A stretch of 56,031 nt of DNA, filler included, from Jimgerdemannia flammicorona (Eukaryota): the NCBI GenBank assembly GCA_003990765.1. It is 3 parts of 3 records of this genome, joined end to end, with 100 filler letters (N's around TTAATTAATTAA, not from the genome) between each part and the next. Parts side by side here need not be neighbours in the genome. Positions count along the whole stretch, not along the records: positions 18,713 to 37,323 come from RBNJ01002162.1; 2 more parts are not named here. One strand, written 5' to 3'. The notes under the pieces were generated by a model. That model was not told the origin of the DNA. It searched no databases and saw nothing but the letters and a program-made list of their open reading frames with translations. Below are positions 24,600 to 37,102 of the stretch, piece by piece. Positions within the stretch are counted from its first letter, which is position 1. Each line of letters starts with the position of its first letter. A program made the position numbers and the translations under genes.

Positions 24600-25900
24600 T
24601 TTCAGAGTGTCCTTGAGAGTGCATTGGCATTGGTATTGGTCTTTCCTGAGTAGTGCTTGATAGTACAGTCATACTCTTGCAGCCTGTAGATTCATCTGGC
24701 ATATATTTCTTTGGGGTTCAGAGTGTGAAATAGCCAGGCAAGAGCAGAATGGTCTGTTTGAATGGTGAAGTGTTTTCTGGCTAGGTAGTAGTGGAACTTG
24801 TCTACTGCTCAAACTACTGCTAAGCATTCAAGCTTGTATGACTTATAGTTCTGTTCTGCTCCACAGGTACCTTGGCTTATATAGGAGATGATATATTCAT
24901 GTCTATCTTTCTTCTGAGCTAGGACTGCTCCAAGTCCTATAGCACTCACATCTGTCTGCAGGATGAATTCTAGGTTCCAGTCTGGTCTTCTGAGGATGGG
25001 TGCTTGGGTCAACCTAGTCTTGAGTTTATTGAAGATTTCTTGATGCTCCTTGGTCCATTCGAATTTGGTCTCCTTCTTCAGTAGCTTGTAGATAGGTGCT
25101 GCAATGTTGGAGTATCCTTTGATGAATCTTCTGTAGTAGCTGGCCAGTCCAAGGAAGGCATGGACTTCTGTAGTTGTTCTGGGTCTTGGGTAGGCTACAA
25201 TAGCCTCGATCTTCATGGGGTCTGTGTGGATTCCAGTCTGGTTGATGAGGTGTCCTAGGTAGGCAATTTCTTGAGCTACAAACTTGCATTTCTTGGGCTT
25301 GATGTAGAGGCCGTGCTCCTTGAGTCTCTTGAGGGCTAGCTGTATGTGATTGACATATTCCCGTGCAGTATTGCTGAAGATGATCACATCATCAACATAG
25401 ACAAAGAGCCACTTTCCAATCTCATTGCTGAAGACTCTGTTCATCATTCGCTGGAAACTTGCTGGGGCATTGCACATTCCAAATGGCATTTGTAGATAGA
25501 TATTGGTGGTATCAGGTGTGATGAAGGCTGATTTCTCACTGGCATCTCGAGTGAGACCAATCTGATGGAAGCCTGAGAACAGATCCAAGGTGGTGTAGTA
25601 TTTGGCTTCGCTTCTAAGAGTGGTAAGGATTTCTTGAATATTCGGCAAGGGCTGCCTATCCTTCTTGGTAATGGTATTGAGTTTCCTGTAGTCAATGCAG
25701 AGTCTTGGTGCAAACTCTCCAGGCTTGCTTCCTTTCTTTGGGGTAAGGACAATAGGTGAGGCCCAGGAGCTGATAGCTTGCTTGATAATTCTGGCTTCTT
25801 CCATTTCCTTGAGTTCGGCTCACAGCCACTCTCTGTAGGCAGGTGGTATGGGTCTGGCTTTCTGATAGATAGGCTTGGTATCACCAGTGTCAACTTCATG
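24600..25900 (-). pseudogene. pol: Gypsy B reverse transcriptase and RNase H
   Basis: SSWASPIVL, RLCIDYRKLN, LDLFSGFHQI, MPFGMCNAPASFQ, YVDDVII, LQTDVSAIGLGAVL. Confidence 0.95.
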
Positions 25901-26089
25901 GTAGTACTTGGGTTCTTGATTGTGGATATCCCTAAAGTCTGTAGCAAGTACTCCTTCATTCTGGTACAGGATCTTGAGAAGTTGTTCCTCCAGGGGAAAG
26001 TTTTCTCCAATGGTATATATGTGCTTGTTCTGGTCCTTGTCTTTCTTGTGCTCAAGTTCAGTAATCTTGGTGGTGGCATAGGCTCCTCT

Positions 26090-26500
26090 TCCAGTAGATC
26101 CAAAGTCTTGTTCTCCTCTCTTAGTCTTGATAAGTTCAGTGGCTTCTATGATCTTGGGCTTCTTGATTTCATGGATCAGCATCTGGCCAATCCTGTCATG
26201 CTTTTTGACTTTGAAGGGAGTGGTGTGGTTGTGATTTCTGACTATGAGAAAAATCTCGCCAGTATAATTAGGGTCAATTACTCCTCCTTCAACTGAGATT
26301 TTGCTTTTGGCCAGACTGCTCTTGGTCTTGATAATTCCAGCATGGTCTTCTGGCAACTTGACTCCAATTCCAGTGCCAAGTAGGGTAGTGGTCTGTGGTT
26401 CAAGAGTAGCATCTTGGATGCTGGCAAGGTCCATTCCTATGGCTTCTTCAGTCTTGTATTCTGAGATCTTGGCTTCAGGGTGAAACTTCTTGACCTTGAA
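26090..26500 (-). CDS. dut: dUTPase domain in Gypsy B pol (between PR and RT)
   Basis: Motifs GMDL, KSSLA, GGVIDPNYTGEI, DRIGQ and RGEQDFGSTG in an open frame. Confidence 0.92.
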
Positions 26501-26879
26501 GGTGATGTCTGATTCTTGTTCTTCCTCATTGTCACTGTCAGCTTGAAGCTCTGGGGGCTGGTCATCTTCTTTGGCTTTCCTTTTTGCTTTGGCAGCTTCT
26601 TGCTTATGTTTCTGTTGGTGGATTTTCCTGACTTTACTGATATAGGACCAGCAGTCATTCAGGTGTTCAGAGCAGTACATTCATACCATGGGGGCATCTT
26701 CCTTGAGGGGCATACTCATCAATGATCTTGTTATACCACTGCTTATCTGTGAGCTTGGGTGTCTTGTTCTTGTTCTTGTTCACTGAGTACATGAAGACCT
26801 CTGTGTCTTCTTCATCTTCTTCCTCTATGTCTGACAGGACTCCTTTGTGGACATTGATAGAAACTCATACCTTTCTTCC

Positions 26880-27220
26880 TCTGTAGTTGATCTGCATCTT
26901 CTGGATATTGAGGTCAATGATGGCCTTGGCCTTGTGAAGCCATTGGTTGCCAATAAGGATGTCATAGTTGGTGGCGCTTGTAACAATTACATCTACTGAG
27001 ATGGTAGCTCCTCCTATCTTGATGGGGACTTCTTGGATTTTGCCAAGAGGAGTAGCTCATATACCATCTGCTGTGACTTAAACCATCTTGGTAGACTCTT
27101 TAATGTCCCAACCTAGGCAGTCAATTGTCTTCTTACTCATGAGGCATCCTCCAGCACCAGTATCAATGATGGCATCAAAGATACAGTCTTTGATCTGATA
27201 GGGGGTATAGGCTGATGTCT
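26880..27220 (-). pseudogene. Gypsy B aspartic protease
   Basis: AIIDTGAGGCLMS and YDILIGNQWL. Confidence 0.85.
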
Positions 27221-27399
27221 TGTGCTGGTCTTCAGATTCTTTACCTGAGTTCTCAGATTCTTCTTGTGCATTGTGAGCTTCTACAATCTTGTACTCTTGA
27301 TTCTTGGTAGTAGTTGCAAGTCCTACTCTCAACTGCTGTCTGAAGGCAGAGACTTCAGCTAGCTGCCCAAAAGTGGCATTGACCTTCTGTTCTTTGAGG

Positions 27400-28410
27400 T
27401 CCTTATAGATGTCATACTGGTGGATCTTGGTCTTGCACAGCTTCTGTTCCTTCTCGCTCTTGCTTTCTCCTGAGACTGGAGTAGTGCCTTTGATAATTTG
27501 GTGGGTAGCTTCATCTAACTCTATGTCTTGATCAATCTCCTTGGGTTGGGTCTTGTTTTGAATAGTGACAGCTGGAGTCTTCTTTGGTCTTCCAACTGGC
27601 TTGCTGTTGCTCTTCTTGTCATAGGGCTTGGACCAGGTTCTGATACCTTCAGTAGCAGGGTAGAATTCAAGCTCCTTGTAGTATTCTTTGTCATCAGTGT
27701 CACTGATCTCCTCGATGACTACTGCATTGGTTTGTTCTCTGGTTCTGCTAGCATTGCTTGGTTGGGCTTTGCATCTTGTTTCGGTTATGCAACTCTTTGC
27801 ATAGTGGCCTTCTTCTCTACATCTGAAGCATGTGATATTACATTCTTCTATAGCAGCTGCAAATCTCTGTGCTGGTCTCCTGTTGGCACTTCAGACTTCT
27901 CTAACAATATCACTGAGGTGTGTAGTCATCTCAGCAAACTGCTTGGTAAGTTCTTCCACTGGGTTAGCTTTGGCTGTCTTGGGGGTAGGTGGGGTTGGTT
28001 GTCTGTTTACAACTATGGCAGATAAGATACTAGTTGGCTTTGATGGCTCCATCTTGATGCTAGTTATTTTCTCCATTGAGTGTTCGGCAGGGTGTCTGGC
28101 AGTCCAATATCTCTGTGCAAAGACCACTTTCTGATCAAGGGTCAGTGCAGCTGGAGTAGACTGGATTGCTAGGGCAATTTCAGAGTGAACTCCTTTGAGG
28201 AAGGTTGAATCCACTATTTGTTCCTTGAGGTAGTCATCATAGCCAGCCAAGACAATCTGGTAGCAGATTTGGGTATAGAATGAGTTGGGATCTTCACTAA
28301 GTCTCTGGCAGATAGTATTGAGTTGATCCTTGAGAGCTTGCTTGATCTCTTTGGTATAATATGTTGTTCTGAGGAAGACCTTCATGTTGGCAAGTTTGGC
28401 TGCACCAGCG
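27400..28410 (-). pseudogene. gag: Gypsy B gag, C-terminal part with CCHC zinc knuckle
   Basis: Continues AGAAKLANMKVFLRTTY from the N-terminal part across the LINE TSD; CFRCREEGHYAKSC at ~27789-27830. Confidence 0.85.
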
Positions 28411-31400
28411 GGTGACACAAGACTCAGACAATACTTTTCACTATGTTTTTGGTATCTGATGACTAACAACATAGATGGCAATGATTGAACTGGTGAGCAT
28501 ACTGGTCAGGGGGGCGATGGCGCCTTTGGCTGGCAGCAGGTGGGGAGGAGGGGAGATGGTTTGGAGATACCAGGGGCCTCAATGGCTAGCCGAGGTCCTG
28601 GTGGTAGAGGGAGGGGTGGTCTGAGGCAGAGAGGAGGGGAGAGGTCGACCTTTGCTAACAAGGTCAGAATGGGGAAGATGACTTTGGGTCTTGATAGTTG
28701 GCTGGACCTGGGGAAGGTGTTGATGGCTGTTGCTGGGGGACTGGGAGGTGTACCCAGGGGTATCGCTGAGAGTGGGGGAGGAGCGGGAGTAGGGGCTGGA
28801 GATGTGACTATTGATGAGGCTGTGACTAGGGATCTGGCAAAAAATCCAGATATAATGGCGGTTGATAATTCAGGACGAGGAGTGGGCACAAGGCCCAGAG
28901 ACCTGGTAGATAGGGTTACAGGCATAGTGTCGGCCCCATTACTCAAGAAGTTGAGGTCAGAATTTGCAGTCACAATGTGTTTCCGGGGCTTGGCAGTGAC
29001 AGCGAGGATGATTCTGGGGCTAGTGGTGTAGGAGGCAAAGAGCACAGCATCAGTGAAGTTTTTGAAGGAGAAGGAAGGAGTCAAGGTGGGGTTCGAGGAG
29101 GAAGACACCTTGCTGGCGGCCTTGGAGAAAGGGGTAATAGTTGGCAGGGTTATCATCCCTATGGCCAGGTGCATGTGCTGGGACCCCCAAGTGGTGCAGT
29201 TGACAGTGCTGGATCTCTCTATAGTATTGAAGGAGAGGACCAGAGAGTTGGTCATGGAGGTGATCAGGGAGTATGGAGAGATTGTGGATGTTGGGTTCAA
29301 GGTCTGGGAGGGTACAGAGCTTTGGACTAGTAATATCAATGTTAGGGTGAGACTGGCTGGGAGGGAGAGTACAGGGAAGTCGAGGGACTGGCCAGCGATG
29401 CTGAGGTAGGGACTGGTGGAGTACAAGGTCACGAGGGTGAAGGGGACCCAGAAGGAGGAGGAAGACCTGTTGAAGGCTCTGGAGGATCTGGAAGGGGCAG
29501 TCACAAGGAGGAAGAAGTTTGAAGCCAGGATGGTGGTAGGGGAGGTAGATGGGAAGAGGGTCCAAATGGAGAAGGGGGCCTGGGAGAAGCTGCAGGAGAG
29601 GAATATCCAGAAGGAGCTACTAGTGAGGTTGGATGGGGGTCAGGCCAGTGGAAGCTCAGGGGAGAGGGGTGTGGGATTGCAGGAGAGTGTCTGGGCTGAA
29701 GGGAGTGAAAGGGCCCAGAGTGGGGCTCAGCTGGGAGTGGAGGTGGAGAGGGTAGACAATATGGGGGCAGATGTGGAAATGAGTGAAGGTGTGCACCCCC
29801 AGTATAGTGTCCCAAGTAGAGCTAAGAGAGAGGAGGAGCTGCTTGATGTGCTGGATGAGGAGTGAGATGAGTCAGTGCAGAGGAGCATACTGGTGGACCC
29901 TGAGGTAGATGGGGGACAAATCGCTCAGGGTGCAGTAGAGGCAGTGGATGAGGAGAAGTGGATGTAGAAGACCCTGGAAGGGGTAGCAGCTGAAGAGCTG
30001 GGGGGTGAGGATTTCAGGGTGATGGAAGAAAGGTATTGGGAGGAGATCCTATAGGGGGAGGAGGTGCTGAGGAAGATGAGGAATAAGATCCTGGCTGTTC
30101 TCCTGGAGTTGGTTGAATATCAGTCAATGATCAGAGAGAGGAGGAACTTAGGAGAATTGTGAGTGACAGGGCACTATTCTTGTGGAATTCAAGGAAGGGA
30201 CTAGAGAAGTGGCACACAGTCTGCTTGGATTATCAGGCAGATATAGAGATAGTAGATGGGGTGGAATGTCAGGAAATCTTGGAGGCACTGGATGCTCAGG
30301 CTAATACAGAGGGTGACTTAGAAGCAGAATGGTGCTTAGATCTGGCTGGGGATGAGATGAGCATGGATTACTAGGATGGGGTCTCTCTTGCAACATTTTT
30401 TCAATATGAACAGTACAACTAGGATATTCTCTTTGAATGTTAATGGGTTATGGGAGGCTGCTAGGAGGAAGTATATATTTGGATAGCTTAAGAGACTAGA
30501 ATTGGACCTCTTCTTGTTACAGAATGTTTGTTATGAAGTAGATGTAGACCTCTAGGATTGGACTAAGGAATAGGGGGGTGTGGCAGTATGGAGGGGAAAA
30601 GTGTGTATCCTTATTTGGAAAGAGATGGAGGACATTGAGGATATTGGACATTGGGGGTCTCAGGTGGTGTGGGGAAGGTGGTTGAGGCCTGGATGGGGCT
30701 CATTGATGATTGGGTCTTGTTACTGCCCAGCTGAGAGAGGGGAGAGGGTGGACTGGGTTTGTAGATTGAGAGAGACTGGTGTATTGGGAGAAGTTGGGCT
30801 GGACTATATGGGGGGTGACTTCAACATGGTATGGGATAAGGAGATGGACAGAACAGATGGAGGAAGAGGTGTGCAGGGCGAAAGTGGTGGGCTGGATGAC
30901 TGGTTGGAGACAGAGAGATTGTGTTCTCTAGTGGACTCAGGAAGGCATTTTTGGGCTGATCGGCAGGTGTACACCCACTGGGCGGCAGGGCTGAGCTCCA
31001 GAATTGACTGGGTTTTGACGGCGGAGTGTTGGGGAGTAGATATCTGGTCAGCACTGGAAGTAGTTTGGTGTCCATGGTCTGATCACTGGGGGCTGCTTGG
31101 AGGGGGGAGGTTTGGAGGAAATGAGGATGGGCCTGGACATTGGCAGCTAAATTCTTCCTTGTTGGAGGATAAGGAGTTGTGGGAGGGTTGGGAGGCAGAG
31201 GTGGTTGGAAATATTGGTAGGTGGTGGGAACAAGGCCTTGAGACTGGGGACCGCTGGAGGAGGCTGAAGGTGATTGCTCAGGGGTATTGGAGGGAAGCTG
31301 GGAAAGCAAAGTGTGCCCAGCAAAGGCAGAGGGTGCTGTGGGCCTCACAGTATCTGGCAGCACTCATGGAGAGATGGGCAGGTGTGCTGGAAGATGGGGA

Positions 31401-34165
31401 CATGACTGATTGGCATATTGTGAGAATCTGGCAGGAGGTGGAGGAGCTTAAAGGAGTGTTATGAGGGGAGGAGGAGGTGAAGCTGCAGGGAATGGTGGCC
31501 TGACTATAGTGGAAGGGGCTTGAGAAGGGGGAGAGGCCTACTAGGTTTTTGTCATGGTTGTTACAGGTATGATGAACAAGGCAGCAGTGGGAGGAAGTTC
31601 TGGATGTGAATGGTGAGCTGGTAGTGGGGACTCCAACTATTCTGGACCTATTGAGAACCAGATGGAGGAACCTATGGAGTGAGGAGGAAGGAGGAATAGA
31701 TGCTCTGGACATTGAAAGGCAGCTGGGGGATTGGCACCTGGACCCTGTGATGGGGCTTGGGGCATTGGGGGACCCAGTGAGTGGTAAGAAAATTCACAGG
31801 GTTGTGGCCTCGATGGGTAAGGGGACAGCCCCAGGAGAGGATGGACTTCCCTGGGATTTTTGGCAGAAGATGGCAGGAGTGAGCGAGGTGCTAGAGGAAA
31901 TGACTGCTATGTGTAATGGAGTTCTCCAGTCTGGTGCTTGGATTGGGGGATAGCATTTAGGGCTAGTCTCCTTGCTCTACAAGAATAAGGTGAGGTGAGA
32001 GGACTGGAAGAACTGGTGGCCAATCATGCTTCTCAACATGGACCAAAAACTGGTGACAAAGATCTTAGTGATGAGGCTGCAAGGAATCGCTCAGCAGGTG
32101 CTTGGTGTGGAACAGCATGGGTTTGTCAGTGGCCAGTTGATTCATGATGGGACAGCATGGATACATGGAGTGATTGAAGGTGCCCAGGCAACAGGGGTGA
32201 ATAGCAGATTGGTGTTTCTGGACCAAGAAAAGGCTTATGACAGAGTGCAGAGGATATGGCTGGAGGGAGTGCTGAGGCAGATTGGTATCCCCCCAGGGTT
32301 CCAAGAATCATTGATCAGCCTCTTGGAGGACAGTCAGGTAGCATTGGTCATCAATAGCCACAGGGGGGTGACCTTTCCTTTAGGACATAAGGTGCCACAA
32401 AGAGACCCCTTGTTGTCCATATTGTATGCCCTTTCCCTAAAGCCTCTACTGGATAGAATTTGGTATTGGATTGGGGGTTTGGACATTTTAGGAATTAATT
32501 GGAAGGTGGGGGCCTTTGCTGATGATATAGTGGTTAGGCTGGGCTCCTTGGTAGATGTGGGGGAGTTACAGAGATCTGTGGAATGGTATGAGAGGAGTTC
32601 TGGTACGAAACTGAACTGGCACAAATGTGAGACTCTGATACTGAGTGCTGGAATTGTGGGCAGCAATGTCATTGGAACAGTGGTACTGGCTGGAGAACCA
32701 GTACGTTATTTGGGGATTTACTTCTCAGTGTTTGGATCTCTTCTTCCCCAGGAATGGTGGAACTGAAAACTTCTAGAGTGGGGCAATGTTCTGCTGTGAT
32801 GGGGAGGTTGGCATATGTCACTAGCGGGAAGAGTGATGGTACTGAATGTGTATTGGATGCTGAAGCTATGGTATGTGGGATATCATCTAGACTTCCCAAC
32901 CTGGGTGATCAAGGAACTGTTGAAGATAGCAAGGTCATGGATCTGAGGAGGATGGTGGAGCCAGGTGGGTTGGAAGGTGCTCACACTGCCCTTAGAAAGA
33001 GGTGGGCTGGGCCTAGTAGACTTTGCTAAGTGGCTTCAATGTTTGCGAGCTTGGTGGTTGCATAGGGCAAGTGAGCTTAGGGGTCAGGAGTGGGTGCCAC
33101 TTATGTAGAGATTGTGAGAGGTTCAGTACTCCCCACATGGTGGCTTGGGTGATCTGCTCATGATGGTGGCCATAGATGGGAGCAGGAGGATGTGGTTTAC
33201 AGACTTCTGGTGGGGGGTGGTGGATGGTACTAAGAGAATTGGACTTCAGTGGCACGGTGATGAAGCTAAGAAGATTGGGGACTGCAGATGTAGTGGTGGG
33301 ACAGGCTTCTACTGGGTAGAGTTCTGGTGGAGAACTTTCAGCTTGGTAAGGGTTTGGAGTGTCTGTGAGGCCTAGGTGGAGACCTGTGGCCCGAAGCCTG
33401 GCAGAGGGTTGGAATTGAGGAGGAGTGGGATTGGAATGGGCTCTGGCTTTGGAGTAAACAGATGAGGCAGTGGCTGCCCCCCAAGTTCTGGGTAGTGTGG
33501 TGGCATATCCTATGGCAGAATGTAATGTTGAACTATTGGTCTGGGCACTTAGTGGCTGGTGGAGTGTTCGAGTGTGAGGATTATTTCAGTGTTGGTCAGG
33601 AGGGCAGTGTTGTACAAATGCCTGAACATTGGCTTAGCAAGTACAATGTTTTGGAGGAGTTTTGGAGATGTATTATGAACCAGTTAGGGCTGGGTGCCTT
33701 GGAGGGAGAGGAAGGAGGGAGATGGGGAGAGCTTTGCCGGCGACTGGTGGGGGGGGTTGGGAATGAATGGCTGACCCTTGGTTGGGCTTTGGCCATGTAG
33801 GTTGGGTTAGCTAGACATTGGGTTCATATCTTCGAGGAGGGGTGGCGGGTTAGAGTTGGGAATAAGGTGGCACATTGGGAATGGTTGCTATTGGACATTT
33901 TGAATAGCTGGTGGCAAGGTTGGGGGCTGGGTGGGGGGTACTGCAGGGGTTTAGTGCAGTATATCTCCCGGAAGAGTGGTGGGAGGATTCGGGTAGTGGG
34001 TAACTGGGTAGTGTTCAGACAAGAGGAGGTTGAGGGGAGAGGGTTGGGTCCACAGGGCATTGGGTGAGGGTGGGGTGATATTGTATTGTTAGTATTATAG
34101 ATGTCAGTAATAAAGGGCAGTCTAAGGGACTATAAAAAAAAAAAAAAAAAAACAAAAAAAAAAAA
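28411..34165 (+). mobile_element. Full-length LINE copy 3 with poly(A) and 19-bp TSD
   Basis: TSD AAGTTTGGCT(G/A)CACCAGC(G/A) at 28392-28410 and 34166-34184; ORF1 ~28460-30374; ORF2 ATG 30406 to 34067 with APE, RT (LDQEKAYDRV, FADD) and CCHC remnants. Confidence 0.96.
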
Positions 34166-34360
34166 AAGTTTGGCTACACCAGCATCAGCAATGGTGGCTG
34201 CATTAAACTTGTCTCTGGCAGGTCCTCTGAGGCTGACTGGTAGAAGGGCCAATTGAGCATCTATACCAAGAGCTCGTATGATGGCAAATTGTTCAAAGTC
34301 TTCAATGAAGATCAAGATTGACTCTTCAGTAGTATATCCATAGAATGTGGGGAGATACAT
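34166..34360 (-). pseudogene. gag: Gypsy B gag N-terminus
   Basis: MYLPTFYGYTTEESILIFIEDFEQFA...LPVSLRGPARDKF, a Ty3/Gypsy capsid-like start. Confidence 0.8.
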
Positions 34361-34466
34361 TTCTATCTTATCTTGAATTCTTGCAGGGGTGACTCTTGTA
34401 GTCAGGGTAGTTGTTGTGGGGATTGTTTATTTTTCAGCTTGAAAGTGAGGGATTTGTCTTGAATCA

Positions 34467-34483
34467 CCAGCCAATGGGTACCA
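34467..34483 (-). other. Putative PBS of family B (tRNA unassigned)
   Basis: TGGTACCCATTGGCTGG starts 3 nt after the 5' LTR end. Confidence 0.6.
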
Positions 34484-34486
34484 AGT

Positions 34487-36062
34487 TGTTATGTAGTGGT
34501 TGCTGAGTTCTTCAAATATGCCAGATTCTCTTCAAGATGTATCTCTTAGACTAACTCAAGTTGTTATAAGCAAGTTCTTATTGGAGTGCCTTTCTAAGGT
34601 CTTATAGTCCTCAAACTTCTTATCTTTAACTGTCTTGTTATCTCTTAGATTGCTTGCAAGGAAGTGTGTATAAGTGAAACTGGAACTTGACTTTATTTCA
34701 AAGGAAATAAGAGGGGTATTTATACAAAATACAATTCAATGGTTGCTAAGATATAAAGCTAAATATAAAATTCCAACAACTAAAAACTAAGTTCCAGAGT
34801 CAGTACTGATGGTTGTATAGGTTCAGAATGCTGGCATTATTTAGTATTATATCAAAATGCCAGTGCTGGAACAATTTCACATCATCTCAGAATACCAGTG
34901 CTGACATTATCCAGTGTTATATGAGAATACCAGTGCTGGTATTATCTAATGTAACAAAGAACTTAGAGTAGAAAGTTCAGGACTATGGGAGCTTCATTCT
35001 TATCATCATCATTACTAAAGAAGATGAGATCTGCGAATTCATCATATAGGCCATACATCTTGTGTACTTTGTTATCATATATTTCATGTACTTCGCATGC
35101 TTTGGGTATGTCACGCAGGATGATGTCATCAATGATGTCATCACATTCGGCTGTGGCAGGGAAATCAGGGATAAGGTCTGGAGCTCTCCAGTCTATGAGG
35201 TTCTCTTCCACAAAATAGAGAACAAATGTGGGGTCTTGGGGGGGTCTAACCTAGATGCTTGGGCCTTAGAATACTGAGATCAATCCTTGTAGGAATTGGT
35301 CTGAGTTGTCCTGAAGGATAGGGTACCAGAAGTCTTCTACTTCTTCACTATTGAGGGTGATAGTGGATCGGGCTTCTATAGCCACCCTGGCTTCTAGTGC
35401 ATTGATGCAGTGGGATGATAGGTCTCTGAAGTCTGAGACTCTGACATACTCTAAGTTGGGGATTGACCATAGTGCATGCCTGAAGATCTGATGGATCTTC
35501 TTAGCTGTCCTTGTTTCATATATATCCATGGGAGTGATATCTTATAGCTCTTGGGTGCTGGCTTGTGGGAACTCCCAGCAGAGGAGGTTTCCTATTTCAT
35601 ACTCCTGCTACATTTGGAGGTATTCAGTAGCAATAGTGATCCTTGTTTCCATTTCACAGCAGTAGAGAATGAAGTGATAAGGGTCTGTAGTACCCAGGTT
35701 GATACTAGGAGTTCTTCTTGAGTAGGTTCTCATGGCTCTTCTGATGTCTTGGAACATCCTTTCCTTGACCAAGATACCTTGGTAATTCCTTGATCTTGAG
35801 GTTTGGTAGGCAGCAGGCATTTCATTTGTAGTAAGTCTTTGAGCTATTTTGGGATTGGTGGTTCTTGTTGGTTACTGCTACTATGATTCCTTAATCCTTC
35901 TTTTATATTCTTCAGGATGCTTGTGCTGTGGTCACAATGACTTACAGTTGGTCATCATTGCTCATCTCATATGCTGTATGATCTTCTTGTACTCTAATCT
36001 GGTGGCTTGCAAGGAAAGGCTGTCTCTAGTGCTGATGTCATCATTCTGAGATTATCGTTACA
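34487..36062 (-). repeat. 5' LTR family B
   Basis: Colinear with 21434-23015; TGTAACGATAA...ACTACATAACA. Confidence 0.93.
35266..35820 (-). pseudogene. Family B accessory ORF in 5' LTR U3 (TAG at 35608 where the other LTR has Trp)
   Basis: 555 nt, the same length and frame as 22219-22773. Confidence 0.8.
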
Positions 36063-36227
36063 ATATATATATAAAAGAATATTTAATTAAAGTAATTAGT
36101 AGTTAGTAAACTATACTCTATTATATAATATAGGAAATAGTGATTTGTGAGCAATATTATCTTATATATAATATTATAGATCTACTTGACTACTGTCAAG
36201 ATTGCTACTTATAGATCTGAAATTCAG

Positions 36228-36589
36228 TTTTTTTTTTTTTTTTTTTTTTTATAGTCACTTAGACTTCACTATTTATTACCTATTCAGTCTATCAAGATAT
36301 AATTACAATATCTCAACCCACTATCCAATCTCTTGAGAGGGATCCTCTCTTATATCTTTATGATTAAATACTACCTTACTATCTTATACTACAATTCTCT
36401 TCTTACTTTACTCATATATCTTTTTTACTAAGTAATATTGATAACTCTCTTATAGACTCTATCTCAGCTATTAATCTATCAAGACATCCCCCATTAATTC
36501 TTTCTATCTCACTAATTACTCTCTTAAATCCAACTGCTGTCTCTCCTCAAAAACAAATAACTAATATCTAGTCAATTCCACCTATATAA
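36228..36589 (-). mobile_element. Old LINE 3' end (same superfamily), interrupted by LTR D
   Basis: Poly(T) then ATAGTCACTTAGACT...TTTATTAC, the reverse complement of the family 3' terminus. Confidence 0.8.
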
Positions 36590-37065
36590 TGTAACGTAGT
36601 GGATGCTTACTCTTGAAAGTATGTCGGATTTCTGTATCTTGAAAACTTGACTGTTCTGACTCTCGCAGAGTCTCTTGAAGTAGCAGGGGAGAGTGGGTGA
36701 GTTTGAAGTGTATCTGCCTGCAGGCTTACCAGTTCCTTTGCTATCTCTTTGCTTTGAACTATTTTGATCTGAGGTTTATTCACTCAAAGATACTGGGTTA
36801 TTTATACAAGTTTGCTAGCTATGAGAGGGTGGCTAAGTAATAAATGAGTCATTTGGACTTTGTCGAAACATTTGGACAATATCTAAATGCTATACTAAAT
36901 CGAGGTATTCGATTTGGATAATGTCCAAAATTTAGACAATGTCTAAGAAATTAGACAATGTCAAAATCGAGGACTGCTAACTATAATGCTATACTACTTT
37001 GGGAATGGATGCGATCAAGTGTCTATTCCCTATTTCCTTCTTCCAAATCTGGCTGTACCATCACA
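36590..37065 (-). mobile_element. 3' LTR of Gypsy family D (476 bp; termini related to family B)
   Basis: TGTGATGGTAC...CACTACGTTACA; PPT TATTCAGGAGGAAGT at 37066-37080; TATAAATA 36799-36806; AATAAA 36775-36780. Confidence 0.82.
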
Positions 37066-37102
37066 ACTTCCTCCTGAATAGATGGTCTTGTCTCTGAGGC
37101 AT

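Larger units (their letters stand above)
21434..36062 (-). mobile_element. Full-length Gypsy family B element (gag-PR-dUTPase-RT-RH-INT, 1.58 kb LTRs) with a LINE inserted in gag
   Basis: Two ~1580-bp LTRs, PBS, PPT and all pol motifs; flanked by ATAT in an (AT)n tract on both sides. Confidence 0.93.

Noticed and set aside
25778..26296. Hydrophobic plus-strand ORFs resembling membrane proteins (also 27528-28025, 22802-23071)
   Set aside because: Antisense to A-rich Gypsy coding sequence, which yields Leu/Phe/Val-rich shadows.
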